IMG/VR virus record: IMGVR_UViG_2918987250_000001
Coordinates: 53,523 to 117,522 of that record
Source of the DNA: a virus
Taxonomy: Duplodnaviria > Caudoviricetes
Strand: one strand, 5' to 3'
Length of the DNA: 64,000 nucleotides
The translations under genes were made by a program, and so were the position numbers. The notes beneath the pieces are model-generated. The model did no database searches and was not told the origin of the DNA. It saw only the letters and a program-made list of their open reading frames with translations. Below are positions 45,410-53,269 of the stretch, one piece after another (the first letter of the stretch is position 1; each line of letters begins with the position of its first letter).

Positions 45410-45630
45410 GCGGCGAGGTATGGGCGCTCTAGGATCGCTCAGGAGCGCTGGGACCGGTCTGGGAGCGGGGAACGCCGCCCCATGGGGCTCCTCGGGGCTC
45501 CACGGCCGCCCACGGCGATCCATGGACGCCTCCCATGGGGAGCCACGGGCGGCCCACGGGCTCCCATGGGTCTCGTGCGCTGGGGCGCCCCAGCCGTTCC
45601 TATTTTTCCCATGGGCGGATTCGATCACGA

Positions 45631-45656
45631 GAAAGGGGAGCCCCGTGAGGCTCCCC
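45631..45656 (-). terminator. Rho-independent terminator
   Basis: GGGGAGCCTCACGGGGCTCCCCTTTC on the minus strand. Confidence 0.75.
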
Positions 45657-45666
45657 AGACTGTCGA

Positions 45667-46593
45667 TCAGGCGGCGCGGGCGAAGAGCACTTCCTCGAGA
45701 CGCTGCACGATGGGGCTGTCCGTCAGCGTGAAGGTGGGGTTGCGGCTCGATCCCTCGCGCTTGACGATCCCGAGGGTCTCGAGGGCCTGCATGGTGGAGG
45801 ATGCCTGGGTCGGCGCGGTGCCGGCGCTCACGGTGTGCCGGACCAGGTGCTTGCGGATCGCGAGGTCGATGTGGTGCTTGTCGGAGGCGCACGCCTTGGC
45901 GACCTCACCGGTGAAGGGCAGCCCTGCCTTTCGCATCTGGAAGAGCGAGACCATGCAGGCCCGGTTGATCGCGTTGGAGACGACCCCGTCCGCCAGCGCC
46001 TTCACAGCGTCCGCGACCTTGTCGATGGCGTAGACGTTGTAGCGGCTGCCGTCGTGGAGCGTGCGGTTGATGAAGGACGGATCCACGTTCGCAGCGAGCA
46101 TCACGCGGCTCGTGTCCTTCCACATGAGCTGCTTGCGGACCTTGTTGAGGGTCTTCTGGATGTTGTGGCCCGCGCCCTTCTTCGCCAGCTCGAAGCTCTC
46201 ACGGGCGTTGATCGAGGCGGTGATGGAGAGCGTCATGCTCTGGACCGCAGCGTCATCGAAGGCACGCATCGCCTCGGCGAAGGTCTTGGGCTCTTCAGCG
46301 GTGTCGGGCTCGTCGCTCACGGCCGGCTCCTCGTGGACCTCCTCGGCCTGCTCTTGGAGGAGATCGGCCTCGGCCGAGAGGACCTGCGCCTCGGTGTCGT
46401 CGAGATCGCTCATGGAGAGCGAGGCGAGGGCGGCGTCCAGCTCGTCGGTGACGGCGAAGGTCTGGGCGAGAGAGGCGGCGCGGTCCTCGTAGCGCATGTG
46501 GTCGGTGAAGTCGGAGACGTGCTGGGCGAACGAACCCTCGAGCACGACAGCGGCGACCGGGGCGAGCTTCTTGGAAACAGACTTGCGAGCCAT
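45667..46593 (-). CDS. Early protein with acidic N-extension and C-terminal domain paralogous to 42801-43421 (possible wHTH)
   Basis: MARKSVSKK start; normal genome codon usage. Confidence 0.85.
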   Translation of the reverse strand: MARKSVSKKLAPVAAVVLEGSFAQHVSDFTDHMRYEDRAASLAQTFAVTDELDAALASLSMSDLDDTEAQVLSAEADLLQEQAEEVHEEPAVSDEPDTAEEPKTFAEAMRAFDDAAVQSMTLSITASINARESFELAKKGAGHNIQKTLNKVRKQLMWKDTSRVMLAANVDPSFINRTLHDGSRYNVYAIDKVADAVKALADGVVSNAINRACMVSLFQMRKAGLPFTGEVAKACASDKHHIDLAIRKHLVRHTVSAGTAPTQASSTMQALETLGIVKREGSSRNPTFTLTDSPIVQRLEEVLFARAA

Positions 46594-46797
46594 TTGTTTG
46601 TCGATCCTTATCTGATGAAGCACTGCGCTTCGTTTCGACAAGTATCGTTATGACGACTCCAATACCCGGTTGCACTTGGCACGTTATGGGGATTTGCGAT
46701 TACTTATGGGAGCCGGAGCCCTCGGCAGCCCATGGCGTTCCATGGGGAGGCGCGGATCGTGAGGGGCCGGGAATAGTCGTGCCCTAGCTCCAAAACG

Positions 46798-46856
46798 CCA
46801 TCGGCCTGTTCTTAGATATATACCTTTAGAGAAGTAGATACATAACAGGCCGATGG
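46798..46856. repeat. AT-rich core (35 nt) flanked by 12-bp inverted repeat, copy 3
   Basis: CCATCGGCCTGT-[AT-rich]-ACAGGCCGATGG-ACTTGG. Confidence 0.9.
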
Positions 46857-47619
46857 ACTTGGGAATCCAACCCCGGCTCGGGAATCCATGGGTCTCGGTG
46901 AGGGAGAGATGGGTCCGGCTCTGAGTGAGCGGCACCGGTCCATGGAGACCCGAGGGCTCCCATGGCTTGCGAGGCTCCGGCACCCGCGGCCGTTCCTAAA
47001 TTCGGGAAGGCTTGACCGGGACCGGACCGGGTCTCTGACATTCGAGGGGCGCCAATCCCTCGCACTCACCGGTCCGGTCGCAGCGTCAACAACGCCAGAG
47101 CACCACAGAGAGACAGGGTGCAGGAGCGCATCGGCGAACGCGCTCAACTGACGCTGTGATCTATGACGACCCCGCGCGAATTTTTCAAATGGCGTCGCAA
47201 GGCGTGAAAACGGGCTCGTGCGTGGAGATTGGGTGCGGCCGGCCTCTCGCGTGTTTCCCAGGCTCTCGATCTCTCTAGGCACTCTCTGCGCATTCTCTGT
47301 GAGGCACCTCTCTATGGGCTCACACAGGCACACGGGCTCTCTCTAGGGGCTGCCTCTCTCACACACCTGTCCCCGTATGCGCTCTATGCGTCGGAGCTGC
47401 TCTCTAGGGGTCGTGTGTGCTCTTCTCTCTCTGTGACGCGCTCTCTGGTGCGTGCTCTCGCTCTCTATGCGGGCGTGCTCTCTGGTGCGCGACGTTGCTC
47501 TGTGAGCGCTCTCTCTAGCGTCGTGCGTGTCGTTGCTCGTTCTCGTGCGTGCTGATGCTCAGCGGTCGATTTTGGTGAGGGTGGTCGGTTTGTCCAGAAA
47601 TGCGCAAAACGGGTTTCTG

Positions 47620-47737
47620 ACCGGACAAATGGGGGACATCCAGGGGACATCTGGGGGACGTTTTGGGGACAAGTGCCCGATGTTCGTATTGGACGCTCGG
47701 GGGACGTTTGAGGGACAGCTTGTCCCCTGGTTGTCCG
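47620..47737. repeat. GGGGAC-type repeats at 11-bp period (iteron-like)
   Basis: GGAC at 47623/34/45/56/67 and 47691/702/713; inverted GTCC at 47722/33. Confidence 0.75.
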
Positions 47738-47786
47738 GTGGCCTGCAGGTGGTGGACGGCCTCTCTTGGCCGGGACCTGCCTCGAC

Positions 47787-47999
47787 CTAGCTGGACTGTT
47801 GGCGTGCGAGCTCCACGGCTCTGGCGAGGATGCGCTCCTCGTTCTCTAGGCCGGCGATGATCTTGGGGATGGCGTAGGGGCTGCGTGCTCTCTGGCGCGG
47901 CTTCTCCAGAGAGAGAGTCGTGAGGGCGAGCCGCAGCGAGTGGTCGATCATGCCCGGTGAGCCCGTGGACATCATCTCTCGGAGGCGCTGAGGCGTCAT
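47787..47999 (-). CDS. Hypothetical protein
   Basis: ORF following 48003-48353. Confidence 0.45.
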   Translation of the reverse strand: MTPQRLREMMSTGSPGMIDHSLRLALTTLSLEKPRQRARSPYAIPKIIAGLENEERILARAVELARQQSS

Positions 48000-48002
48000 G
48001 GC

Positions 48003-48353
48003 TCACTCGGCCGGTAGGGCGATCCCCCAGTAGCAGACGGCGTAGCCGCTGGGGCGGAAGCATTCCATGGCTGTCACAGATCCCTGTGAACTGTCGCTTA
48101 CCGTGAGCCGCTCGCCGGCGTCCTCATAGCGACAGGATGAGCCGCGGCCGGGGATGTTCTCGCGTTCCCGCTCTCGGATGAAGGCGGTGAAGGCCACGGC
48201 GTCGCCATGGGCTGCCAGGCGTGCGAACTGATCCGCATCCGAGAGGCGCTGGCAGAGGAAGTGGGGCTGCGTGAGCAGGACGGTCTTGGCTTGGGCCTGG
48301 GCTGCGCAGGGAGCGGCCAGGAGCGCCAGGGCGAGGAGGAGACGGGTCTTCAT
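48003..48353 (-). CDS. Secreted/periplasmic protein
   Basis: Sec signal peptide MKTRLLLALALLAAPCAAQA; four further Cys in the mature part. Confidence 0.65.
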   Translation of the reverse strand: MKTRLLLALALLAAPCAAQAQAKTVLLTQPHFLCQRLSDADQFARLAAHGDAVAFTAFIRERERENIPGRGSSCRYEDAGERLTVSDSSQGSVTAMECFRPSGYAVCYWGIALPAE

Positions 48354-48386
48354 GCCCGTCTCATAGCTCGGGCGTGGTGGGACGTT

Positions 48387-48758
48387 CTAGGGGCTGTGAC
48401 GCTTCCACTCGAAGTAGGGCATCCCCTTGTCGTCCTTGTTGTGCTCGCCGAGGAAGACGGTGCCGATCGGCTCATCCACGATGATGTTGGCGAGCTGGCG
48501 CTGGACGGACAGCGGCATCGTCATGGATGGGTTGCCGAAGGCGATGTCTCCCCGCTCGGCCGGACGCCATTGGAGCTCGTAGCGTCGCTCGGGGCCGCGG
48601 CGCGGGTAGTGGACGATCACCAGGTCGATCTTGTCCTCGGCGACCTTCTCCGCGCGCAGCTCCACGTCCGGTGCTCTGGGGATGAACTCGACGCGGGGCG
48701 GGCGCTCGGCATCGCGCTGAGCCTCCATCGCCGCGCGGATGCGATCTATGACGCTCAC
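48387..48758 (-). CDS. Hypothetical protein
   Basis: Coupled ORF in early operon. Confidence 0.6.
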   Translation of the reverse strand: MSVIDRIRAAMEAQRDAERPPRVEFIPRAPDVELRAEKVAEDKIDLVIVHYPRRGPERRYELQWRPAERGDIAFGNPSMTMPLSVQRQLANIIVDEPIGTVFLGEHNKDDKGMPYFEWKRHSP

Positions 48759-49006
48759 CGGCCGCGACCCTTCGCCATGAAGATCTGGAGCTCGCCCCGC
48801 TTGAAGCCCTCACCGAAGACCGGGTCGATGCCGAGGCTGAACGGCCTGACGATCTCGGGCTTGCGCACGTCGGGCTGGATGGAGGTGAGCGTCACCGGCC
48901 CGTGCTCCTTCGCGATCTCCCGCAGCTCGTCGTAGATGGCGCGGATCTTCGGATCCTCGTCGCGGGAGAGGCCGATGTAGCGACCGGTGGCTTGGTTCTC
49001 GCTCAT
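48755..49006 (-). CDS. Hypothetical protein
   Basis: ATGA overlap; ends in GELQIFMAKGRGR, resembling a DnaB-type fragment. Confidence 0.55.
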   Translation of the reverse strand: MSENQATGRYIGLSRDEDPKIRAIYDELREIAKEHGPVTLTSIQPDVRKPEIVRPFSLGIDPVFGEGFKRGELQIFMAKGRGR

Positions 49007-49329
49007 GCTGCTTCCTTCTCCTCGAAATCCAGCGGGTCGAAAAGGTAGAGGCACTCGTTCGCATCCTCGAGGATGTCGTCGCCCACGTAGACCCAGCGCT
49101 CGATCGCGGCCGAGACGGTGAAGGGCAGCGCCTTGAGGGCGGTCACGAGGCCGGCGATCTCTGCCAGCGTCGGCGCCACGTCGCGCGAGAACTCCAGGTC
49201 GCGCTGCCCGAAGCCTGCGCCGGCCCCGCTGAACTCGAAGCCGAACTCATCGGCGATGGCATAGATCGGGTCGTCCTCACCCTCGCCGTAGAAGCGGTGG
49301 ACGTAGAGATCGTGGGTGACGGTTTGCAT
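49003..49329 (-). CDS. Hypothetical acidic protein
   Basis: First gene after an early promoter; SGAGAGFGQRDLEF. Confidence 0.65.
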   Translation of the reverse strand: MQTVTHDLYVHRFYGEGEDDPIYAIADEFGFEFSGAGAGFGQRDLEFSRDVAPTLAEIAGLVTALKALPFTVSAAIERWVYVGDDILEDANECLYLFDPLDFEEKEAA

Positions 49330-49349
49330 CGAGTCGCTCTCGCTATGTC

Positions 49350-49392
49350 GTTGCTGACACTGCATTTATAGCAATGCCAGCACGACTTGTGC
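49350..49392 (-). promoter_or_regulatory. Early promoter, GCACAA class
   Basis: GCACAA-16-TATAAA-6-GTCAGCAAC. Confidence 0.75.
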
Positions 49393-49409
49393 GCGGCGTG
49401 TCGTGGCGC

Positions 49410-49595
49410 TCAGATGTTCCTCTGCACGTCCACGAACTCTTCCATCGCCTGCCGGCCGCGGGCGATGATCTCCTCGGCTTTGACGCTGGCGTCGTGCTGG
49501 AGATCCTCCAGCACGCCCTCATCCTCGGTGTAGCTCGCCGTGTTCATCACGGCGATCAGCGCGTATTCCCGCACGAGCTCCGCGAGCTGTTCCAT
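49410..49595 (-). CDS. Hypothetical protein
   Basis: TGATG coupling. Confidence 0.55.
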   Translation of the reverse strand: MEQLAELVREYALIAVMNTASYTEDEGVLEDLQHDASVKAEEIIARGRQAMEEFVDVQRNI

Positions 49596-49969
49596 CAGAC
49601 GATCCCCGCGCGCTCGAGGACGGCTCTGCGGGCGCTCTCGCCGACCCGCTCGGCCTCCTGCCGGATCTCGCGCTCGCGGCGCTCCTTGGCCTTCTTCTCG
49701 TGGTAGTTCGGGTCCTTGGTCTCCGAGACGCCGATGTTGCGCCAGTAGACCCGCACCTCGCCAATGGCGCTGCCGTAGCTGTGGACCTGAAAGCCGACGG
49801 GCGCATGGATCGGCTTCCGCTCGCCCATGATGTCGATGAGCTTGTTGGCGTCCTCCCAGTCGAGCAACCGGATCTGGAACTCGCCGATGCCAGCCTCGGC
49901 GAGGGCGGCTTTGAGGGAGAGGGTCGCCTTGGCGACCTTCTCGACGGGTGTGAGCTTCTTGGCGGACAT
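49595..49969 (-). CDS. Hypothetical protein
   Basis: TGATG coupling. Confidence 0.6.
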   Translation of the reverse strand: MSAKKLTPVEKVAKATLSLKAALAEAGIGEFQIRLLDWEDANKLIDIMGERKPIHAPVGFQVHSYGSAIGEVRVYWRNIGVSETKDPNYHEKKAKERREREIRQEAERVGESARRAVLERAGIV

Positions 49970-50244
49970 CAGGCGTTTCCCTCGGCCGGCTGCATCAGGA
50001 TCTCGCGGGCTTGCTCGATCGCCGTCTCGACCTCGTGGATCTGGTCCTCGGGCACGGTGTCATCGAACAACACGGCGAGGTCGAGGAGCGTCTGGAGCGA
50101 GCGCAGGTCGATCTGCACGGTGCCGGGCATGAGGCGCACGTAGTCGCTGCCGTCGGCGCGCTCGATGGTCTGGGCGATCTGGCCGCCCGGAGCGTCGGTC
50201 TGCTCGATGATGCGCTCGCCGCGCTGCATACGGGTGATGGTCAT
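49969..50244 (-). CDS. Hypothetical protein
   Basis: GAGGA RBS; MTITRMQ start. Confidence 0.6.
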   Translation of the reverse strand: MTITRMQRGERIIEQTDAPGGQIAQTIERADGSDYVRLMPGTVQIDLRSLQTLLDLAVLFDDTVPEDQIHEVETAIEQAREILMQPAEGNA

Positions 50245-50252
50245 GGCGATCC

Positions 50253-50537
50253 TCAGTCGTTGATGGTGAGCATGGCGAACAGATCGGCCTCGGCTTCGGC
50301 GAGGCTGGGCGAGGTCTCGACGCCGCCCATGCCCCAGCACCACTCAAAGCGGCCGTCGATCTCGATGACGGTGACGGCGAAGGTCTCGGCGCCGGAGACG
50401 CGGGCGTAGAGGTGGGGCACGGCGCGCGGCGCGGCCTCGGAACCGACGAGGCCGGCGACGCTGCTACCCGTCAGCGTCTCGAAGTCAGCGGGGTTGAAGT
50501 GATTGCTCGTCGCGCGGAAGTCTTCGAGGGTCTGCAT
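50253..50537 (-). CDS. Hypothetical protein
   Basis: First gene after an early promoter; MQTLEDF start. Confidence 0.65.
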   Translation of the reverse strand: MQTLEDFRATSNHFNPADFETLTGSSVAGLVGSEAAPRAVPHLYARVSGAETFAVTVIEIDGRFEWCWGMGGVETSPSLAEAEADLFAMLTIND

Positions 50538-50557
50538 CTGTTGTCTCGCTGCATGTC

Positions 50558-50600
50558 GTTGCTGACACTGTATTGATAACAGTGCCAACAGCACTTGTGC
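50558..50600 (-). promoter_or_regulatory. Early promoter, GCACAA class
   Basis: GCACAA-16-TATCAA-6-GTCAGCAAC. Confidence 0.75.
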
Positions 50601-50608
50601 GAGGCGTG

Positions 50609-50824
50609 TTACGGGAGCTCGTGCTCCTCGACGTAGAAGTTCTCACCCTCGCTCGAGATGGTCTTGGCGAGGCTGAAGGGGTTCCAGTCCTCGCTCCACG
50701 GGCTGTCGTCCCAGAGCTTCAGTAGGGCGATGCAGGCGTCCCGCTCCGAGGTCGCCACGCGGGTCTCGACGATCGGCTCCGGCTCGTCGCCCTCGACGAC
50801 CTTCACGCATACCCAGATCTTCAT
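50609..50824 (-). CDS. Hypothetical protein
   Basis: ATGA coupling. Confidence 0.55.
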   Translation of the reverse strand: MKIWVCVKVVEGDEPEPIVETRVATSERDACIALLKLWDDSPWSEDWNPFSLAKTISSEGENFYVEEHELP

Positions 50825-51123
50825 GCTGCCTTCTCCTCGAGATTGTGTCTGAGGAGCTGGGCGATCGAGTGGACGCCGACGGACGCGGCCGCTTCCTCGT
50901 TGAGGATGACCGTGATGCAGGTGATGTTGTCCTCGTCGATCAGGTGCAGCGCGAACGGGTCGGTGCCGCTCGTGACCTGGAGGCCGCCCTTCACCTGCAT
51001 CACGGAGCCGGCGACGACGCTCGGGGCGAAGCGCTGGTGGATGACCAGGCTGGCGATCAGGTCGCTCCTGGACGGGTCGGCGGCGACGGCCAGCCGCATG
51101 AAGTCCTTGGTGATCTGCCTCAT
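50821..51123 (-). CDS. Hypothetical protein
   Basis: ATGA coupling. Confidence 0.6.
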   Translation of the reverse strand: MRQITKDFMRLAVAADPSRSDLIASLVIHQRFAPSVVAGSVMQVKGGLQVTSGTDPFALHLIDEDNITCITVILNEEAAASVGVHSIAQLLRHNLEEKAA

Positions 51124-51659
51124 CGACGGCGCCCTCCCCGCTCGCGCTGCTTCCAGTCCTGCCGCTGCACCCAGTGCTTCTTGGGCCTGACAGGTCCCAG
51201 GAGGCAGGCGTCCTTCATGGGCTCCTCGGCCTTGTTGAGCAGCCGATGCATCGCCCGGTAGTTTCGCTCGGGCATGAGCGTGGTCATCTCCTCCTGGAAC
51301 TCGTCCACGACCGCGAGCACCAGCTCCTTGCCGATCGCGGCGATCCGCTCGTCGTCCACGACGACCGTGCCCGACCGGATGGCCGGCATCATCTCCTCGA
51401 TCATCGACTGCACCATCAGGCTCTTGCCCTGCCGCTGCCCGAGGACGAACGCCGTCTCGCCGATCCCCACGCCGGTGGCGCCGGCGAGGATCAGGATGTC
51501 GCTGTAGTCGATGCCAACGCCGTTGCCGGTGGCGAGCACGGCCGCGGCCCGCTCGGCGATCTCACGGGCGGTGCCCTCGGCCGCGTTGATGACGATGAAG
51601 GGCTGGTGCGGGTTGCTCACCCGCTCCTCGACGCCCGCGTCGTAGTGCTCGGGGTCCAT
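51120..51659 (-). CDS. Hypothetical protein
   Basis: TGATG coupling; ATGNGVGIDYS resembles a ribonucleotide-reductase fragment. Confidence 0.55.
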   Translation of the reverse strand: MDPEHYDAGVEERVSNPHQPFIVINAAEGTAREIAERAAAVLATGNGVGIDYSDILILAGATGVGIGETAFVLGQRQGKSLMVQSMIEEMMPAIRSGTVVVDDERIAAIGKELVLAVVDEFQEEMTTLMPERNYRAMHRLLNKAEEPMKDACLLGPVRPKKHWVQRQDWKQRERGGRRR

Positions 51660-51982
51660 CACGACGGCTCTCCCGCGAGAACGATCTCGACCTCGTCGCG
51701 CAGCCGGTCGGGCACGACCTCGCACCGCGGCGCCTTGCCCTGCGACCTGTCATAGGAGTTGAACAGGTTGGCGCAGGTGTCGCAGTAGTGGTGGAAGAGG
51801 TTCTCGAAGCCGACGGCCTTCATGCGCCACTGCTTCCGACCGCGCAGCGGCGCCTGGCAGGCCGTGCGGTTGCAGTTGCCGTCCTTCTGGCCCTTGAGCA
51901 CGCGGCGCTCGACAGAGGCCACGGCTGCCGGCGGCAGCGGGTTGCGGAGCCGCTTGCGCAGCATGTCGGTGTAGCGGCCCAT
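51659..51982 (-). CDS. Cys-rich (Zn-finger-like) protein
   Basis: KGQKDGNCNRTACQ...HYCDTCA. Confidence 0.65.
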   Translation of the reverse strand: MGRYTDMLRKRLRNPLPPAAVASVERRVLKGQKDGNCNRTACQAPLRGRKQWRMKAVGFENLFHHYCDTCANLFNSYDRSQGKAPRCEVVPDRLRDEVEIVLAGEPS

Positions 51983-52233
51983 CAGAAACCTCTCTGGTCG
52001 TAGGGGATCACGGGGAAGACGGCCTGGTGCCAGTTGCCGTAGGGCTCCCAGGTCACGCCGGGGACGCGGAAGCTCCCCAGAAAGCGCTCGATGTCGGGCC
52101 GGCGCTCGGACGGCACGCGGATGCGGCCGTGGAAGGTCGGCTTCTCGCCTTCGAGATTGACCACGACATCGAAGGTGGCGATGTCGAGGTAGCGGCCCAT
52201 GTCAGCGACGAGGCTGCGTAGGTGGACGGCCAT
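51982..52233 (-). CDS. Hypothetical protein
   Basis: TGATG coupling; MAVHLRS start. Confidence 0.55.
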   Translation of the reverse strand: MAVHLRSLVADMGRYLDIATFDVVVNLEGEKPTFHGRIRVPSERRPDIERFLGSFRVPGVTWEPYGNWHQAVFPVIPYDQRGF

Positions 52234-52829
52234 CAGGCGGCCAGCGATGCGCGCAGCTCGGCGAGCCAGCGGTTGCGAGCCTCGGTGCGCTCGATCTCCT
52301 CGCACCGCGCCTTGGTGTGGTAGTCGAGGTTCCACTGGGCGCTCTCGATCTCGCCCTTGAGCCACTTCGACGGGCTCAGCTCCTTCACCTCGGTCTCGCG
52401 CGGCGTGCAGTCCCACTCGATGGAGCTGGTGAGCTGCTGGACCATGAAGTCCTTGAAGCCGACGTGTTCGGACGTGGGTGGCTGCCAGGCCTGCACCTTG
52501 TTCAGCATCGCCTCGTAGCGCTGGCGCTGCTCGGCCTTCTTCGCCTCGTAGCCGTCGTGGCTCTTCTTGGCCTCGACGCAATCCGCGTGGGTGGCCTGCT
52601 GGAGCTCGTCCAGGGTCATATTGGCGAGCTCGGTGAGACGAGCCTTCGCGTCCTCGATCTGCCGGTCGTGATAGTCGGTGCTCGGCTCGAAGCGCTCGGG
52701 GATCGGCGCGCTCGACGGCAGGTCGCGCATCATGATGAGAGCGCCCATCGCCCGCGCACAGCTCCAGGCGAAGTCGGTGAACTCGGTGATCTCCCCATCC
52801 TGGACGGGTGCGGTGTAGCCGGACGGCAT
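52233..52829 (-). CDS. Conserved phage coiled-coil protein
   Basis: MPSGYTA...FAWSCARAMGALIMMRD...WQPPTSEHVGFKDFMVQQL. Confidence 0.75.
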   Translation of the reverse strand: MPSGYTAPVQDGEITEFTDFAWSCARAMGALIMMRDLPSSAPIPERFEPSTDYHDRQIEDAKARLTELANMTLDELQQATHADCVEAKKSHDGYEAKKAEQRQRYEAMLNKVQAWQPPTSEHVGFKDFMVQQLTSSIEWDCTPRETEVKELSPSKWLKGEIESAQWNLDYHTKARCEEIERTEARNRWLAELRASLAA

Positions 52830-52832
52830 GTG

Positions 52833-53069
52833 TCAGTTCCTTTCGTGAGGCTGGAGTTCGTCGTAGAGGTCGCACCAGTCCTGCCCGCAGGGGCCGCGGC
52901 TCGCGCGGGTGTTCTGCATGGTCTCGTTCTGGTGGAGCGCGAGGTCGGCGGCGCTGCGGAAGCGGCGCGCGTGGCGCCGGTCCTTGTCGTGCCGAATGGA
53001 GGCGATGAGAGTGGCGACCAGGCCACCGGCCAGCAGGCCGGCGGCGAAGCCGAGGGCGTGCAGGTCCAT
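52833..53069 (-). CDS. Small membrane protein
   Basis: N-terminal TM; coupled. Confidence 0.55.
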   Translation of the reverse strand: MDLHALGFAAGLLAGGLVATLIASIRHDKDRRHARRFRSAADLALHQNETMQNTRASRGPCGQDWCDLYDELQPHERN

Positions 53070-53269
53070 CAGCGTTCGTCCGCCAGGAACTTGCGGGTCT
53101 CTTCCACGCCCCACTGCTCGACCAGGAAGGCGATCTGCCCCTCGAGGCCGGCGTTGTTGATGGTGCTGGCGTAGGAGGAGGCGGCGTCATGGACGGAATC
53201 GTCCAGGTCCTCGGGCTTCAGGTTGTGCCGGTGAGCGAGCGCCACGAGCTCCTTCATGCTCTCGGCCAT
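53069..53269 (-). CDS. Hypothetical protein
   Basis: GGAGG RBS; coupled. Confidence 0.6.
   Translation of the reverse strand: MAESMKELVALAHRHNLKPEDLDDSVHDAASSYASTINNAGLEGQIAFLVEQWGVEETRKFLADER

Noticed and set aside
3654-46856. AT-rich clamped elements as protelomerase telRL sites or MITEs
   Set aside because: The cores are not perfect palindromes and differ between copies. There are three copies, no obvious target duplications, and no protelomerase or transposase in the window.
43649-47650. ORFs predicted across the CCATGG spacers and CT-rich block (e.g. 43649-44368, 45383-45892, 46812-47333)
   Set aside because: Low-complexity Pro/Trp/Gly-rich translations arising from the repeats, with no RBS, and overlapping better-supported genes or terminators.
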